A stretch of DNA of 60,081 nucleotides, filler included, from Dirinaria sp. TL-2023a (Eukaryota), in the NCBI GenBank assembly GCA_051941275.1. It is 2 parts of 2 records of this genome, joined end to end, with 100 filler letters (N's around TTAATTAATTAA, not from the genome) between each part and the next. Parts side by side here need not be neighbours in the genome. Positions count along the whole stretch, not along the records: positions 1 to 29,991 come from JAVEBF010000107.1; 1 more part is not named here. One strand, 5' to 3'. Shown here one piece after another: positions 1 through 12,610 of the stretch (positions are counted from its first letter, which is position 1; every line of letters starts with the position of its first letter). Position numbers and translations under genes: made by a program. Below the pieces are notes generated by a model, which did no database searches, was not told the DNA's origin, and saw nothing but the letters and a program-made list of their open reading frames with translations.

Positions 1-256
1 TGGTTCGCCTCGACGCAACGAGACGGGTCGGAGGCATAGACGTGGAAGGCGTTCAAGTGGGCACATATCGACTTAACAGGGCCGAAGTTCTGAGACAAGG
101 GTTCAGAATGTCAGAAGTCTGTCAAGCACACCAGGCAAACAGCGTGGAAAGAAGAAAGAAGACCTGTGAAACCGCTGCACCTGTCTCCAACACTTTGCTC
201 TCGGTGGCGAGAGGGTTCCCCTGGGCTTCGTTTGTGACATTTTTTGTGGGATCCAT
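1..256 (-). CDS. OBAP/DUF1264 (oil body-associated protein-like), 5' part; runs off the window
   Basis: Spliced reading [61 protein letters not shown]; the HLNAFH..EANH motif is typical of DUF1264. Confidence 0.8.
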
Positions 257-741
257 TTTCAACGGTTAGAGGAGCGCAGGGTGTAAACAATCGAAGAATT
301 AATGTTCCAGTTTGATGGTATGCGGCAGCTGGATTTGGCTTGAAATTTTTCTTCCAGAGATCTTGAGAAGAGAGTTGCAACCACTTGTAGCAGTCCGTTA
401 AACTCGGTACTTTATGACTGTGATGATGATTATAGAGAACACAGCATCGGATGTCACGTTAGGCACCGTTTTTTTGAACCCGAAGGGGAAGCGACATTTT
501 GACGTCATTGTCACGAGGTGCACGTGAGCCAAGGGAAGTGGATGGGAGAGTGGATGGGAAGTGCCTCGAAACTTGGGGTTTGGAATTGTTTATATGCCGA
601 TGCAATATTGTACAGTAGCCATTCAAAACTTGGCTTTCTCAGTTGTAGGCCTAGAGCACCATGCAATATCTGTCAGCGTTGTGCCCTTGTACGCAGCTTG
701 GACACCCCTTCAGGAATGCCATGATCAAGTATTTACTGGAT

Positions 742-1938
742 TCACATGTTGTTCTTCATCTCCCTCAAAGCTCCCATGACATCCACTGGTTCTGTCTTTC
801 CAGTCGCTTTCTGCACCGCCGGATCCTGCAAGAACAATGAGTACCATACGGGTTCGAACCACTAATCGCATGCTCACATCGACCTTCATGAACACGTTAT
901 ATTGCTACATGGCTTATCAGTCTCAGCGCAGTTCGATGAATTCAATTGACTCACCTTCTCGTCGCCAATGGTCAATTTACCCTGAGTCTCTCTGTTGTTC
1001 TCCGCAAACGACTGCAGCTTCTTGACCGGCTCAGTCTGCAGAACCTTGACGAGGAATTTGGCGTTCTGCTTGGTATACTCGTGACCCGGCTTTCATAGTC
1101 AGTAGATCTCGATGGCCCCAGTCAAGTGAGAATGGCGCACATAAACTTTCGTGTCGTCCGGTAGGGCCGCTAGTATTCTGTTCAACGCCGTGTGCATTTC
1201 CGCAGGTGTTCCCTCGAAGAATCTTCCGCAACCTCGTCACAAAATTTAGCACTTCTATAGTTGGCAGAGATAGACTGGGTTCTAACCCCCAATGAAAAGT
1301 GTGTCCCCTGTGAAGACTACTTTTTCTGTGCCGTCTTCCATGAACCAGCATATGCTATCCTGGGTATGACATGGAGTATGTAGAGCTTTGACAGAAATCC
1401 CTTGCCCTATTTTGAACGTCTCTTCGTGCTTCGGCGTTTTCGTGACCGCCTGACAGTCTTTTCCACCAATTACCGGGAGTCCGTTGAAGTGGGAAAGCTA
1501 AGCGGCTCATGAGCAGAGCCCCACAGTCGTCATGGTTCGCCCTTACGATCTCGGAATTCCCGCCTGCATGATCCCCATGGCTTGAAAAATGTTATCGTTC
1601 GTCAAACTTGAAGCGGACAATCCTACGTAACGTACTGGTGAGTATTGACGATCGCGGTCAAATTGATATTGCCTGCGTCTATTTGCGATTTCAAAACCGG
1701 TGTCACCCTATGCGAATGCTTTGAGACGATTGAGCTGACGTTCCATGCTGGATGCGTACTCTGGAGGATGCGCGGGATCGACTATGACGGCATCCTTGGA
1801 TTTGTCATCGACGACTAGGTAGGCATAATTATTGCCGGAGCCGGTCCCTGCAGTATAGTGAGCCGGGCGTCCATAATGAGCTTCGTTCAGTTGGGATCTT
1901 CTGAAGCGCATACACATTGGGATGGATTGGATATGCAT
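742..1938 (-). CDS. GLO2: Hydroxyacylglutathione hydrolase (glyoxalase II), multi-exon; possible upstream start at 2068
   Basis: [33 protein letters not shown]-terminus; C-terminus [27 protein letters not shown]. Confidence 0.9.
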
Positions 1939-2359
1939 AGCGCGTATCTGACATATTCGGATCAATTCTGTACGAGTACATGTAGACGATGTGTGTGAAG
2001 CTCACTCTAGTTCTCAGACTTTTGATGGGCTGTCTTGAAAGGCTTCGTGCGCGTAAACTTGCGATCATTGATGGGCAATGGGGCGAATACTGGCACAAAG
2101 TGTGCATCTACTGAGCTCCAAGTGGAAGATCAGCTTATCGAAATCAAATCGAAATCTGATCGCACCAACTGGGCAGGTCTGCCGAACCCCACATGCCCTC
2201 CTCCGGCCCCGCATTTTCTAGCTTAAAGTGCCGCAGGTTTATTATTATGGGAGAATTCGATGCTCATTGCTCTTCCAGTGCGGGACTTGTATATTACAAG
2301 GTCGTCCTTCCTCAATTCTTTGCAGGTAATTTGGTAGGTCAATCAACAGCATAACCAAG

Positions 2360-4248
2360 ATGTCCGGTACGTCTTCGACTGGACTGGTCAGACCTGGCTG
2401 ACTCAAGATGGCCCGTCCCAGCGGCCAAACATTTCGTCGATGATCCAACGCATGCCGTGCTCTCCTCTCTCACATCAATCACTCTGACCAATCCCTCGAC
2501 ATTGTACGACGAAAACAACAAGATCATCTACCGGCACCCTTCTTCAATCCGAGAACCCAGAAATGTATCGGTCATTTGTGGTGGGGGCTCCGGCCATGAG
2601 CCTGGTTTCGCGGGCTTCGTTGGCCACGGACTACTCACCGCTTGTGTGGCCGGCACGATATTTGCATCTCCAGGGGCGCAGCAAGTACGGACGTGCCTGT
2701 TGCAAAGGCTACCACCGGAATCTCAGGGAGCTTTGGCCGTGGTAACGAACTATACGGGTGACGTGCTGAACTTTGGCATGGCCGTTGAAAAGGCAAGAGC
2801 TGCTGGCATGAAAGTTGCCATGGTAGTGGTGGGTGACGACGTCGGTGTAGGGAGGGCCAAGGGCGGAAAAGTCGGCAGAAGAGGCCTCTCTGGTACAGCG
2901 CTGGTTGTGAAGATGTGCAGTGCTCTTGCGGAGCAAGGCGAATCCCTTGAATCTTGCGCAAACTTAGGGAGGCTAGCGGTGGATAATCTGGTCAGCGTCG
3001 GCGCAAGTCTGAGCCGGGTGCACGTACCTGGGAAGAGCCTTGACGAAGCCAAACAAGAAGAAGAAAGGTTGGGACCTGGTTTGATAGAGTTAGGTATGGG
3101 CATACACAACGAGCCAGGGTGTGAGAAATTGAAAACAGATCTCCCGGGTCTGATCAAGGCAATGCTTGCGCAATTGCTAGATCCCGGCGACACTGACAGA
3201 GCATATGTCAAGATCGGAGACTCAGATAGCATACTGCTCTTGGTCAACAACTTTGGTGGAGTCAGCAACCTAGAGCTTGGAGCTGTGACAACGGAGATAA
3301 CGGGCCAATTAAGAGAAGTTTACGGTCTGAGGCCCAAACGGATCCTGGCCGGAACATATTTCGGAAGCTTGGATGGACCCGGCTTCACGATCACGATTCT
3401 AAAACTTGTAGACACGGGTCTCGGCACAGGAAAATCGATGCTAGAGCTCATAGACGCACGCGCAGAAGCAATTGGATGGCCGACGCCGATCCGAACGTCA
3501 ACTTGGGAAAAGACCTTCGAGGCTACGGAAATCAAGAACGAGAAGGAAAAGGAAGCGAAGCCTTCCCGTTTGAAAGGTAGAAATATGTTCAATATCCTCC
3601 GTATCATTTACAACCCGCTAACCAGGATAAGTGGATCCTTCACTACTGAAGAAGGTGTTGAGCTCAGGTCTTCGGCGGGTAATCTCGGCTGAAAGCCAGG
3701 TAACGAAGTATGACACCATTGTTGGGGATGGAGACTGTGGAGTTGGTCTGAAGCGTGGTGCGGAGGGCGTCATGCAATTTTTGGACAGCGGCGACGTATC
3801 TGACGATGCCGTCCTCGACCTGACCAAGATTGTTTCAATTATCGAAACAACCATGGATGGAACCTCTGGAGCTTTGTATGCCATCTTTCTCAACTCGCTG
3901 ACCCACAATTTGAGGAGTCAAGAAGGCGCATCGCCAAGCCCAGTAACATCAGCTGTGTGGGCAAAAGCGCTCACGCTTTCTCTGGAAGCTCTTGAGAAGT
4001 ACACACCAGCACAGCCAGGTGACCGAACATTGATAGACGCATTCTTTCCTTTCGTCGATACACTTCAGGAAACAGGAGACCCTAAGCAGGCCGCAGAGGC
4101 CGCACATAAGGGCGCCGAGAGTACTAAGGGTATGAGACCGAAACTAGGCAGAACTGTCTATGTAGGCGGACAAGGCTGGGAAGATGTTCCTGACCCTGGC
4201 GCTTATGGACTGAGTGAATTCTTTACCGGGCTGGCAGAAGGGTTGTAG
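2360..4248 (+). CDS. DAK1: Dihydroxyacetone kinase (Dak1+Dak2 domains), 2 introns
   Basis: GGGSGHEP, NYTGD, ELGMGIHNEPG, GDGDCG and GDRT motifs; spliced start MSAAKHFVDDP. Confidence 0.95.
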
Positions 4249-4322
4249 ATTAATACGCGAGCCATACTTTGCTGTACCAGTACAGAAGCGCGCAGCATTC
4301 GAAAAGTGTTCGTTGAGCGAGT

Positions 4323-4927
4323 TCAACTCAGTAGAACCAGTATCACCGAGTCACCTCTCAAAAACCTGTCGCATAGTTAGCAAAGCTGCATTTAGCGCAC
4401 CAACTGCAGAGGCTACGAGTGCAACCACGCGGTGGAACACACATCTTGCTGATGAACCTGTCTTTATTGACCGGTCTGCCTTTCTTGCCTCCCGATACGC
4501 GCGGAGTCTCTGTCCACATTTCCTTGACATTCTCTAAGACCATATTGCAATGCCGGTCAAAGGCTTTAACCCTTGCTAGAAGCTTGCGATTGTTGCGACA
4601 TGAGATAAGGACCTGGGTATGCGAGCGAACGGCGGTCTGAAGGATGGAGAGGGGACCGGAGGTAAATTCATGTTCTTCGAGTAGAGCGATTTCATATTCT
4701 CTGAACCACCAATTATATTAGCCTTGCAGTCGGATAATTTGCAGCAGCCGAGCATGTGCAATGCCCTGTGTATCTGAAATAATATTAGGTGGGAAAGGAC
4801 ATACATGAGATCCGCTCGAGGTTTGTTCAAAAGTTCTCTGTATCAAAATGATTAGCTTGTGAAAAGAAGAATGACGTCAGTAGTTGCCAAGATGAGTCAC
4901 ATACTGGATCTTAGCATCTGTTGCCAT
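4323..4927 (-). CDS. SMD2: Small nuclear ribonucleoprotein Sm D2, 3 introns
   Basis: Spliced [77 protein letters not shown]. Confidence 0.95.
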
Positions 4928-5456
4928 GGCTATAAGAGTAGAGGGTGCGCTCTTCGAAAGTTCTGATCTCTTCGGTGCCTGATTGTGAGCGAAAGCTCTT
5001 TTACTACGGAGTACTTTATGTTCGGCTGCCTTTGCGTGAGTTTTTGGCGCTAGTACAAGCCCGAAGCTCATTGGCGGATCTTGTTGACTAATCACTTGGC
5101 ACTTGGCAGTCGATCTGCCCGCCTCGGCCCGACTCAGCGAGTCGCGTCACCAGCTTCAGGCGCGAGCTTCAACTGTACGGCGTCTTCAGGTACCTGTACC
5201 TAACTTCACTACATCAATTTCCTCACTTCTTCACTTCAAACCTCTTCGTCTGGAATATTGATCTATTACTTTTGCAATTGATTCTTTCGCAATCCTCTGT
5301 TTCCACATCTAAGAAACTTTATAGCAGTTCTTAAAGCTCTATTTCAAACAATCACCACGGTGACTACACTCAATGTTGAGTTGAGAGCGGTCGCGATTCT
5401 CCTAATGCGTCACGACAGTAAGTCGTACGTTTTCAGGTAACGCTATCAGGCATGCA

Positions 5457-8400
5457 ATGTCTTCCTCCTTCACGATGCCGAACTACGGCGTCCCTGATCG
5501 AGGAGCCGCATCGTCTCCGGCCTTGGCTCCCAGAGCAGCTCCAGCACCGCAGGCTTCTGACGATGCACCAGTCCGATCAATGCGGTGTAAGTCATCAGAA
5601 AACTACTCAAGTAGACCTCAGTATGGCAACAGCTGACCAGGGGACGCATAATTAGTGAAAGTACTCTACACCTTTGACGATCAAAACAAAACAAACTGCC
5701 TTGCTCGCTGGCCCCAGCTTCTGGACATAAGAACAGCATTCCTTGACGAAAGCACGCAAATTGGTGTAATTGAGCTTAAGACATGCTTGCAGGCCATCGT
5801 ATCCGCAAGTCCGGAATTGGTCGCCAAACTTGGCCAGGATTATACTGTTTACGCGTACGACTACTCGGAATACGAAACACCCCTGGTTGGACAAGGCATG
5901 CTGTCATGGGCTCTTGCCTCGTCTTCAACCACCCCCAACGCGCCAGCACACCAGTCCAAGACCATGGTTACAGGACGTGTCTGCAAGAACATTGTTGGGC
6001 TCTTTGGTAGTGCGTCGCAGGAAACGCTTGAGGTTAAGCTACGTCTTGTGCCTGTTCCGACCTGTTTACAAAGCGAATATATCGAGAGTATGAAAAAATA
6101 CAGGGACATAAGCAAAATCATGCCTGAAGGTTTTGATATGGGGGCGTGGACTGCGTTCTTGCAAGCGAACCCTGCAATAATGCAAGTAGCAAGCCAGAAC
6201 CGAAGCCAGACACCTACACATCGTGGCAATGCCAAAGAAGACGTTGGCATTGAACATGTTCAACAACTGCTCAATCAAGGAACCGTATCGTCAGGCCTTG
6301 TAGGAACATCTTTCGGAGCAGAAAGAGCCAGCATTGGGTCCCAAAATACGTTGGAGCAGCACCCCCGGGTTGCGAGTCCAGCACTAAGCGTTCAATCTGC
6401 AACAGGATCAACAGCAACAGGTCCCAAACGTCGAGGACGACCACCCAAAAACGGTCCTAAGACTCAGCGGAAAGCAAGTACAAACCAGGGAGCGGTAGAA
6501 GGCGGTTATACAAGCAATGATGATAGACTCGAGGATGGAAATGCGAAGAAAAGAGCGAAAGTCACTAAAGCAGAGATTCCGTATAAGAGCAATTTTGGGC
6601 AACAACCTGAATCACTGAGAGTTGCAGCAAGTACAGCAGCTTCCGTTCGGATACATCAGCCTACAGCAATACGTCCCCCAAGCGCTGTCCCTAATGCGTT
6701 AGAGGCGCCACCACGAGCCCCTACACCGATAGCAGATTCTACGACCCACGTAAAGCGGCCAGCACTACTGACAGCGCGAAGTAGTTTAAGGCGTGAATCA
6801 TTCATTACAGACGAGAGCACATATGAGTCGCCATACGCCCCTTCCGAGACTGGGATGAAACCTCCAGAGTCAGTGATGACGTCTCCCGAAGCCAGTCGGA
6901 ACGGGAGCTTAGGTGACACGCCGGCTGATATAAGTTCATCCCCGCCAATATACCGTGGTGCTTCTACAGCACCGTCAAGCCCAAGATTGCCTGTCATGCA
7001 TAAGGAGGTGGATTCTGGGTTCATGTCTGGCTCAATCGATGATCTGTTTGACGACGACGAGCTTCGCCCGCTTGACGAAGAGGACATTGAAATTGCTGCT
7101 CAGTATAGCAAACGTCCTGACTTGCCATGCCAGACCTCAGAGCCAATAGAGCCTATGCCAGCCAGAAAATTAGATACGGCACCTCCTTCTCAGGATAATC
7201 CCAGTGAAAAAGCAATAGCCCTGTCAAGAAAATCAGCAAGAAACGCAATCGGTCTAGGCCGCACGACCTCCTTTGGGAATCTGCCTGGCTCTGCACCCTC
7301 TGCGAGTGATCCAGTCCGACCAACGAATCTCCACCGCTCACAAACTTGGGCTGGTAATCACCAAGCACATGCTTCGTCAGACATGCCAGTCGTGGATGAA
7401 GCTGAAGCTACTGCTCGCCCCAGCGATCGGCCTCGGTCTGACAGTGGATCGGGCGCCAAACGAAGAAAAGCTATTCAGAGCAAGCTAGCTTCATCAATTG
7501 CAGCGGGAGAGATGCCGCCGTTCTGCGATCATTGCGGCGCCATTGAGACCCCGACATGGCGAAAGGCATGGGTCAAAGTACATAGCGGCACACCTGAGCA
7601 CGTCCGCATATCTGATGAGGAAGGGGGCATCATTACCTGGCAAACGCTGCAAACAGACGAGTTTGGAGTTGTTTGCCTTTACAGGATCTTTAAGAAATCC
7701 CTATTGAGCACAGACGAGGGCTTTTCAGAGGTCCTCCTCTGCAACCGTGAGTAAACCCAATGTGGATTGGATGTGGAGCTGACTTGCATGTAGCTTGCGG
7801 ACTATGGTTGCACAATCGCAAGTGCATGCGACCAAAGGAGAATTGGGAGAAGCCAAAACCCAATTCTGATGGAAAACGAAAGCGCAGGAACCCTCCCAAG
7901 AAGCGAAGTGACTCATCACTGCAGCCTCATCCTGACGGTGATCCTACCCAAGACGCTGAAGGCGATCACGCAGGCTCCTCTTCACCAGCCGCAGAACCCA
8001 GTGATGAAAATCAGACCCAGATGTCCCCGCAGCTACCATCATACACAAAGCCTCGCGCCTTGAGCGTACAATTAAGTCCGATCCACCGAATGGGCAGCGG
8101 TATGGACAATGCTGCTGCTACTGCTGCGCTGCAAAGAGCTATCCAATCCTCTCCGGCACGGCTGGTTGGAACGAAGCAAGACCCGATTCCCGTCGAAGAC
8201 TTGACCCCTAAACCCACCAGAAGACTGCTATTCCCTTCTCCAAGCCAAAGTCACGAAGCTGAGCCTGATCACGACAATTTATCACCCAGCATTAGAGGTG
8301 GCCGTGTACAGACAGGAAACTCCTCCTCTGCGCCATCTGATAACAACCAAGCTGATAAGGAGAATCAGCCCCCTTCTGAAGACGAGGAGAACGGAGTTCT

Positions 8401-9016
8401 TGACGATCTATTTGGAGAAGATCCAAGGACTGTGAGCCGGCCCACTACTCCTACGCCATCTAGTACAGTGCACAATAGCACTTCTAAAACGCCAAAGAAC
8501 ATCAGCACACCTCAAAAGAATCCACCAATGACTGGGGACTTCTTTTCATCGACCGCTAAAGCACTCCTGCATCATCCGAGAACGCCAAAACGGGCAACTT
8601 CGTCCGTTCCTCAGCCTCTCGGCGAGCTGACTCCATTCACTGCTCAGCTCAACCAATTTTTCTCCGAAGCCAACGCGAGCCCCTCAGCGAACTTTGACTT
8701 TCCTTCGCTGCCATCTATGCAGCATACTCCTGAGCGAGTTACCGCTGGCTACAACTTTGCTCCATTCGATTCACAGGATTTCTTAAGTACGGACTTCCCT
8801 ATGCCCAGTAGCCCACCGATCTGCTTCGGTGTTTACGAAGATCGGATTGAGCAAGATAGTAGTGGACCTTCGAGCGATCATCTACTTCCTGAAGTGCGAT
8901 CTCCTCCCGCCCGGGCGGATGAGTCCGTTTCGAGCTCGACAAAGACCCCCAAAACTTCGGGCCTGGTGATTGACGACCATGGCCGTGCTAGAATCAACTT
9001 TGCAGCATTAGCGTGA
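5457..9016 (+). CDS. ams2: Ams2/SPT21-family GATA-type transcription factor, at least 2 introns
   Basis: N-terminal MRLKVLYTFD..CLARWP..DYTVYAYDYSE (Ams2/SPT21 N domain); split GATA finger CDHCGAIETPTWRK...LLCNPCGLW. Confidence 0.85.
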
Positions 9017-9381
9017 TGACATGCGAAAGATTTGGCGTGTACACATATCATTTATTTGCACTGATGAGCCAGTGCGTTGCACAGTGTGGCAGAATAGTAG
9101 AATACGCTAAAGCATGTTATCAATATCCACTTTATTCCTGCACCGGTAACTGTGAAAATCATATTTGTAGATCACGCATAACTTTGCTACTACCGTACGG
9201 TCTATTGTAGGAAGTCAAATCTCCATCGACATTGGATTCACGGCTAGCGAACGATGGACGGCACACACTCCGTATGCGTCCATGCCTTGATGACACACCC
9301 TTTCCATTCCACGCCGGGTTCTCTAGCATTAACCCACCAGCGCACGGTGCGTTACCGATTTATCCACGGTATCCCTCAAAC

Positions 9382-9853
9382 CTAGTCATTGCTTTCATAA
9401 AATATCTCCTTGTAACGATGCGTAGCGTCCACCAGTGCCTCTACGGCATTGAAGTCTATGCCAGGACTCGTATCTTAGCAGTGGAATATTCCAAGTTTGC
9501 AGTCAAGGATACGACGAACCGATCTTGTCGCCAAAATCCGTGGCCTGGAAAACCCTGATACTGAGATCTTGCTGCACTTTCCCTACTACCTCCACGGCGT
9601 TGTTGAGAGTCAAGTGGGAATCCTATCGTACGCAAACAAGCAGCGGTGAGCGATATGATGAAAGACCAGAGCAAGTCTGCGACGAGAATTCAACATTACG
9701 TACACGGTTGAGATGGACCGTTATCGAGCCATTAGCGTCTACCGTGGCAGTGTCACCGTGGAGGGATGTGACTTTGCCCAGGATGCGGACTGTCTGATTT
9801 GCGAATGAATCGAGGTAGTGCGCATTGATTCGGGGAGTGGCTTCGGATGCCAT
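9382..9853 (-). CDS. RFA3: Replication protein A 14-kDa subunit, 2 introns
   Basis: MASEATPRINAHYLDSFANQTVRILGKV...VEVVGKV...DFNAVEALVDATHRYKEIFY. Confidence 0.9.
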
Positions 9854-9931
9854 GGCTTCGCAACTTCCAAGTACTACAAGATAGAGACTTTAGACAAGAC
9901 GAATGGAGGATTCGTTTTGGAGGGGCAATTG

Positions 9932-9953
9932 ACGCGTTGAGGGGCAGACGCGG
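9932..9953. promoter_or_regulatory. MCB-like (MluI cell-cycle box) sites upstream of RPA3
   Basis: ACGCGT at 9932-9937 and ACGCGG at 9948-9953, about 80-100 bp before the ATG of a replication gene. Confidence 0.5.
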
Positions 9954-10644
9954 TCTCACGTGATGTCCTTTCAATCCCGAACCAAGAATCATGCCAAGCG
10001 AAGAGAGATCTCAGCCTTGCACATATCAACATCGAGGACCGTCACTTTGGTCTTTACTGCAAGTACAGGGTACATCCTGCTCAGACGGATCCCCAGGCCC
10101 ATTCCTACTGCAGGATTATGTCTTATCTTCCGTCTTTCCCCGCTCATTCACTTCATTCACTGAATCACTGCGGGGCCGATAACATAAGTTTCCTTAGAAG
10201 CGGCTGACTGCATTTATCCAGCTTCCTGTTCGAGCAACCAGGATCTCCCCTTCGGCGACTTGTACGCTCCCGTGCTGCTCTAGTACCTTACCTTGACGCC
10301 ACTCCACCTCGTTCACTGCCTACTTTATGCAAAGTGATGTCGTCAGATCTACTGCAGGCACCGCTTTTGCTCCGGCCTAGGCACGAAGAAGGCAGGTTCT
10401 TACCGCCACAGAGTACCCAATATGCGTTCTCCTCCTTGGGATTGCAGTTTTTCGTTAGAACAAGGCAATGGAATGTCGTCATGGTATGCAGTGCTTTGCT
10501 TAGGAATGGACCTCATGGAGTCGAGGACGAAGTCGTCGGTAGCAGGGACGTCTCTTATATTACGGTTTCTCTCTTTGCCCTTTTGCTTTGGCTATCATCT
10601 CATCTCAAATCTACCTGGGTGTAGCTCTTTCAATTTTCTCCGTG

Positions 10645-12610
10645 ATGCGCGGTCTGTGGAAGCTTGCGCCTTTGGCGCTGAGTACCCTACGGTCTTCACT
10701 TGTAGATGCTTTCCCCCGCCTAGATCCTAGACAAGTGCCTGCAAATGCTACAGACGTGACTACAATAACCTCACCGACGGGTGCGCAAATTAGATACAAG
10801 GAACCGGGAAAGGCTGGAGTCTGCGAAACAACTCCTGGGGTAAATTCGTACGCCGGCTATATCGATCTTTCACCAACAATACACACTTTCTTCTGGTTCT
10901 TCGAAGCTCGGCATAACCCGTCTACTGCGCCGCTCACGCTTTGGCTGAATGGTGGGCCAGGGAGTGATTCCCTCATCGGCCTTTTTCAGGGTCCGTAGCC
11001 GTGACCGCTTAAGGGCTTATTATGTAGTGTCGAAAAGCTCACTGTATGCAGAACTTGGCCCTTGCAATGTCACCGCGAATTTAACGACGCAAGTCAATCC
11101 GTACTCCTGGAGTGAGGTCTCGAATATGCTGTTCATCTCTCAACCACTCGGTGTGGGCTTCTCATACTCCGAAGAAGAGCTTGGTAGTTTGAATCCATAC
11201 ACTGGTGAAACCGAGCCAGCGAGCTTTGGAGGCGTCGCTGGACGCTGGCCAGTAATCAATGCAACGGCAATAGACACAACCGACCTAGCAGCAGTCGCAA
11301 CTTGGCATGTCTTTCAGGGTTTCCTGAGCGCGCTTCCTCAACTCGATGCAACACTTGGTCCCACCAGTGTCGGCAAAACGTTTAATCTATGGACAGAATC
11401 TTATGGGGGCCATTACGGACCTGCGTTCTACGATTATTTCTATCAGCAGAACTTGGCCATCGCAAATGGCACAATCAATGGGACTTACCTTAATTTTGAC
11501 ACGCTTGGGATAGGTAATGGTATCATTGACGAATACATCCAAGCCCCTTATTACCCCGAATTTGCTGTCAACAATACGTACGGTATCAAAGCCGTCAACG
11601 ATACCGTCTATAACTTTATGAAGTTTGCGTGTTATGCCGAGCAGTTCGGCTGCCTAGGTGTGTATCCCATGAGAACAATCGCTCATGCTTTTGCAGAATC
11701 CCCGCAAACTCCACTTCAGACTCTGACCATGAGATTCTAGCCCAGGTTGAAGCGTGCCGCCAAGTCAACAGGTCTACCGAGGTTGGCCAGTTATACTGTG
11801 AACAAGCTACCGATCAATGCCGAACCAACGTGGAAGGCCCATACTACACATTTTCCGGCCGAGGCGTCTACGACATTCGTCATCAGTACGACGATCCGAC
11901 ACCACCGAGTTATTTTGAGGATTACCTCAACCTAGCGCCAGTGCAGCAGGCTTTGGGCGTTAACCTCAATTACACGGATGCCAATGAAGACGTTTTCTAC
12001 GCTTTCGAATTTACAGGTGACTTTGTTTATCCGACCTTCCTCACCGATCTCGAGATGCTGTTGAACAACAGCGTGCGGGTCAATCTATACCACGGCGATG
12101 CGGATTATATCTGCAACTGGTTCGGCGGCCAAGCCATCTCTCTCGCGGTGAATTATACACACAAATCCGAGTTCGCGGCGGCGGAATACGCCCCTTTCGT
12201 GGTCGACGGCACTGAATACGGCGAGGTGAGGCAGTATGGCAATTTCAGTTTCCTGCGGATCTATGAGGCCGGCCACGAGGTGTAAGTTACTTACTTTCTC
12301 ACACTCTATCCACACCTTTGGCAGACTACTATCTACTCGCCATCCATAACATAGGGCCACGCTAATCCGCCCCCTTCTTTTTGATGACAGGCCGTTCTAC
12401 CAACCCAAGGCATCCTTAGCCATGTTCGAGCGTGTCCTCGCCAACAAAGACATCGCCACGGGCGACATCGCGCTAACGGGGACCTACCAAACGAACGGCA
12501 CGGCCGAGGCCACGCATACGGAACCTTTTGTCCCCTTGCCGAGTACCAGTGCCCCTGCCAGCGCGTCTTCCGCGTCTGCACCGGCTGCGACGACTAGTGG
12601 GACACCATAG
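10645..12610 (+). CDS. Secreted serine carboxypeptidase (peptidase S10), 3 introns
   Basis: WLNGGPG, TESYGGHYGP (catalytic Ser), GDADYICN (Asp), AGHEV (His); signal-peptide-like N-terminus. Confidence 0.93.

Noticed and set aside
500..526. CRE (TGACGTCA) and CACGTG upstream of the DUF1264 gene
   Set aside because: Plausible stress elements, but single short motifs cannot be told from chance
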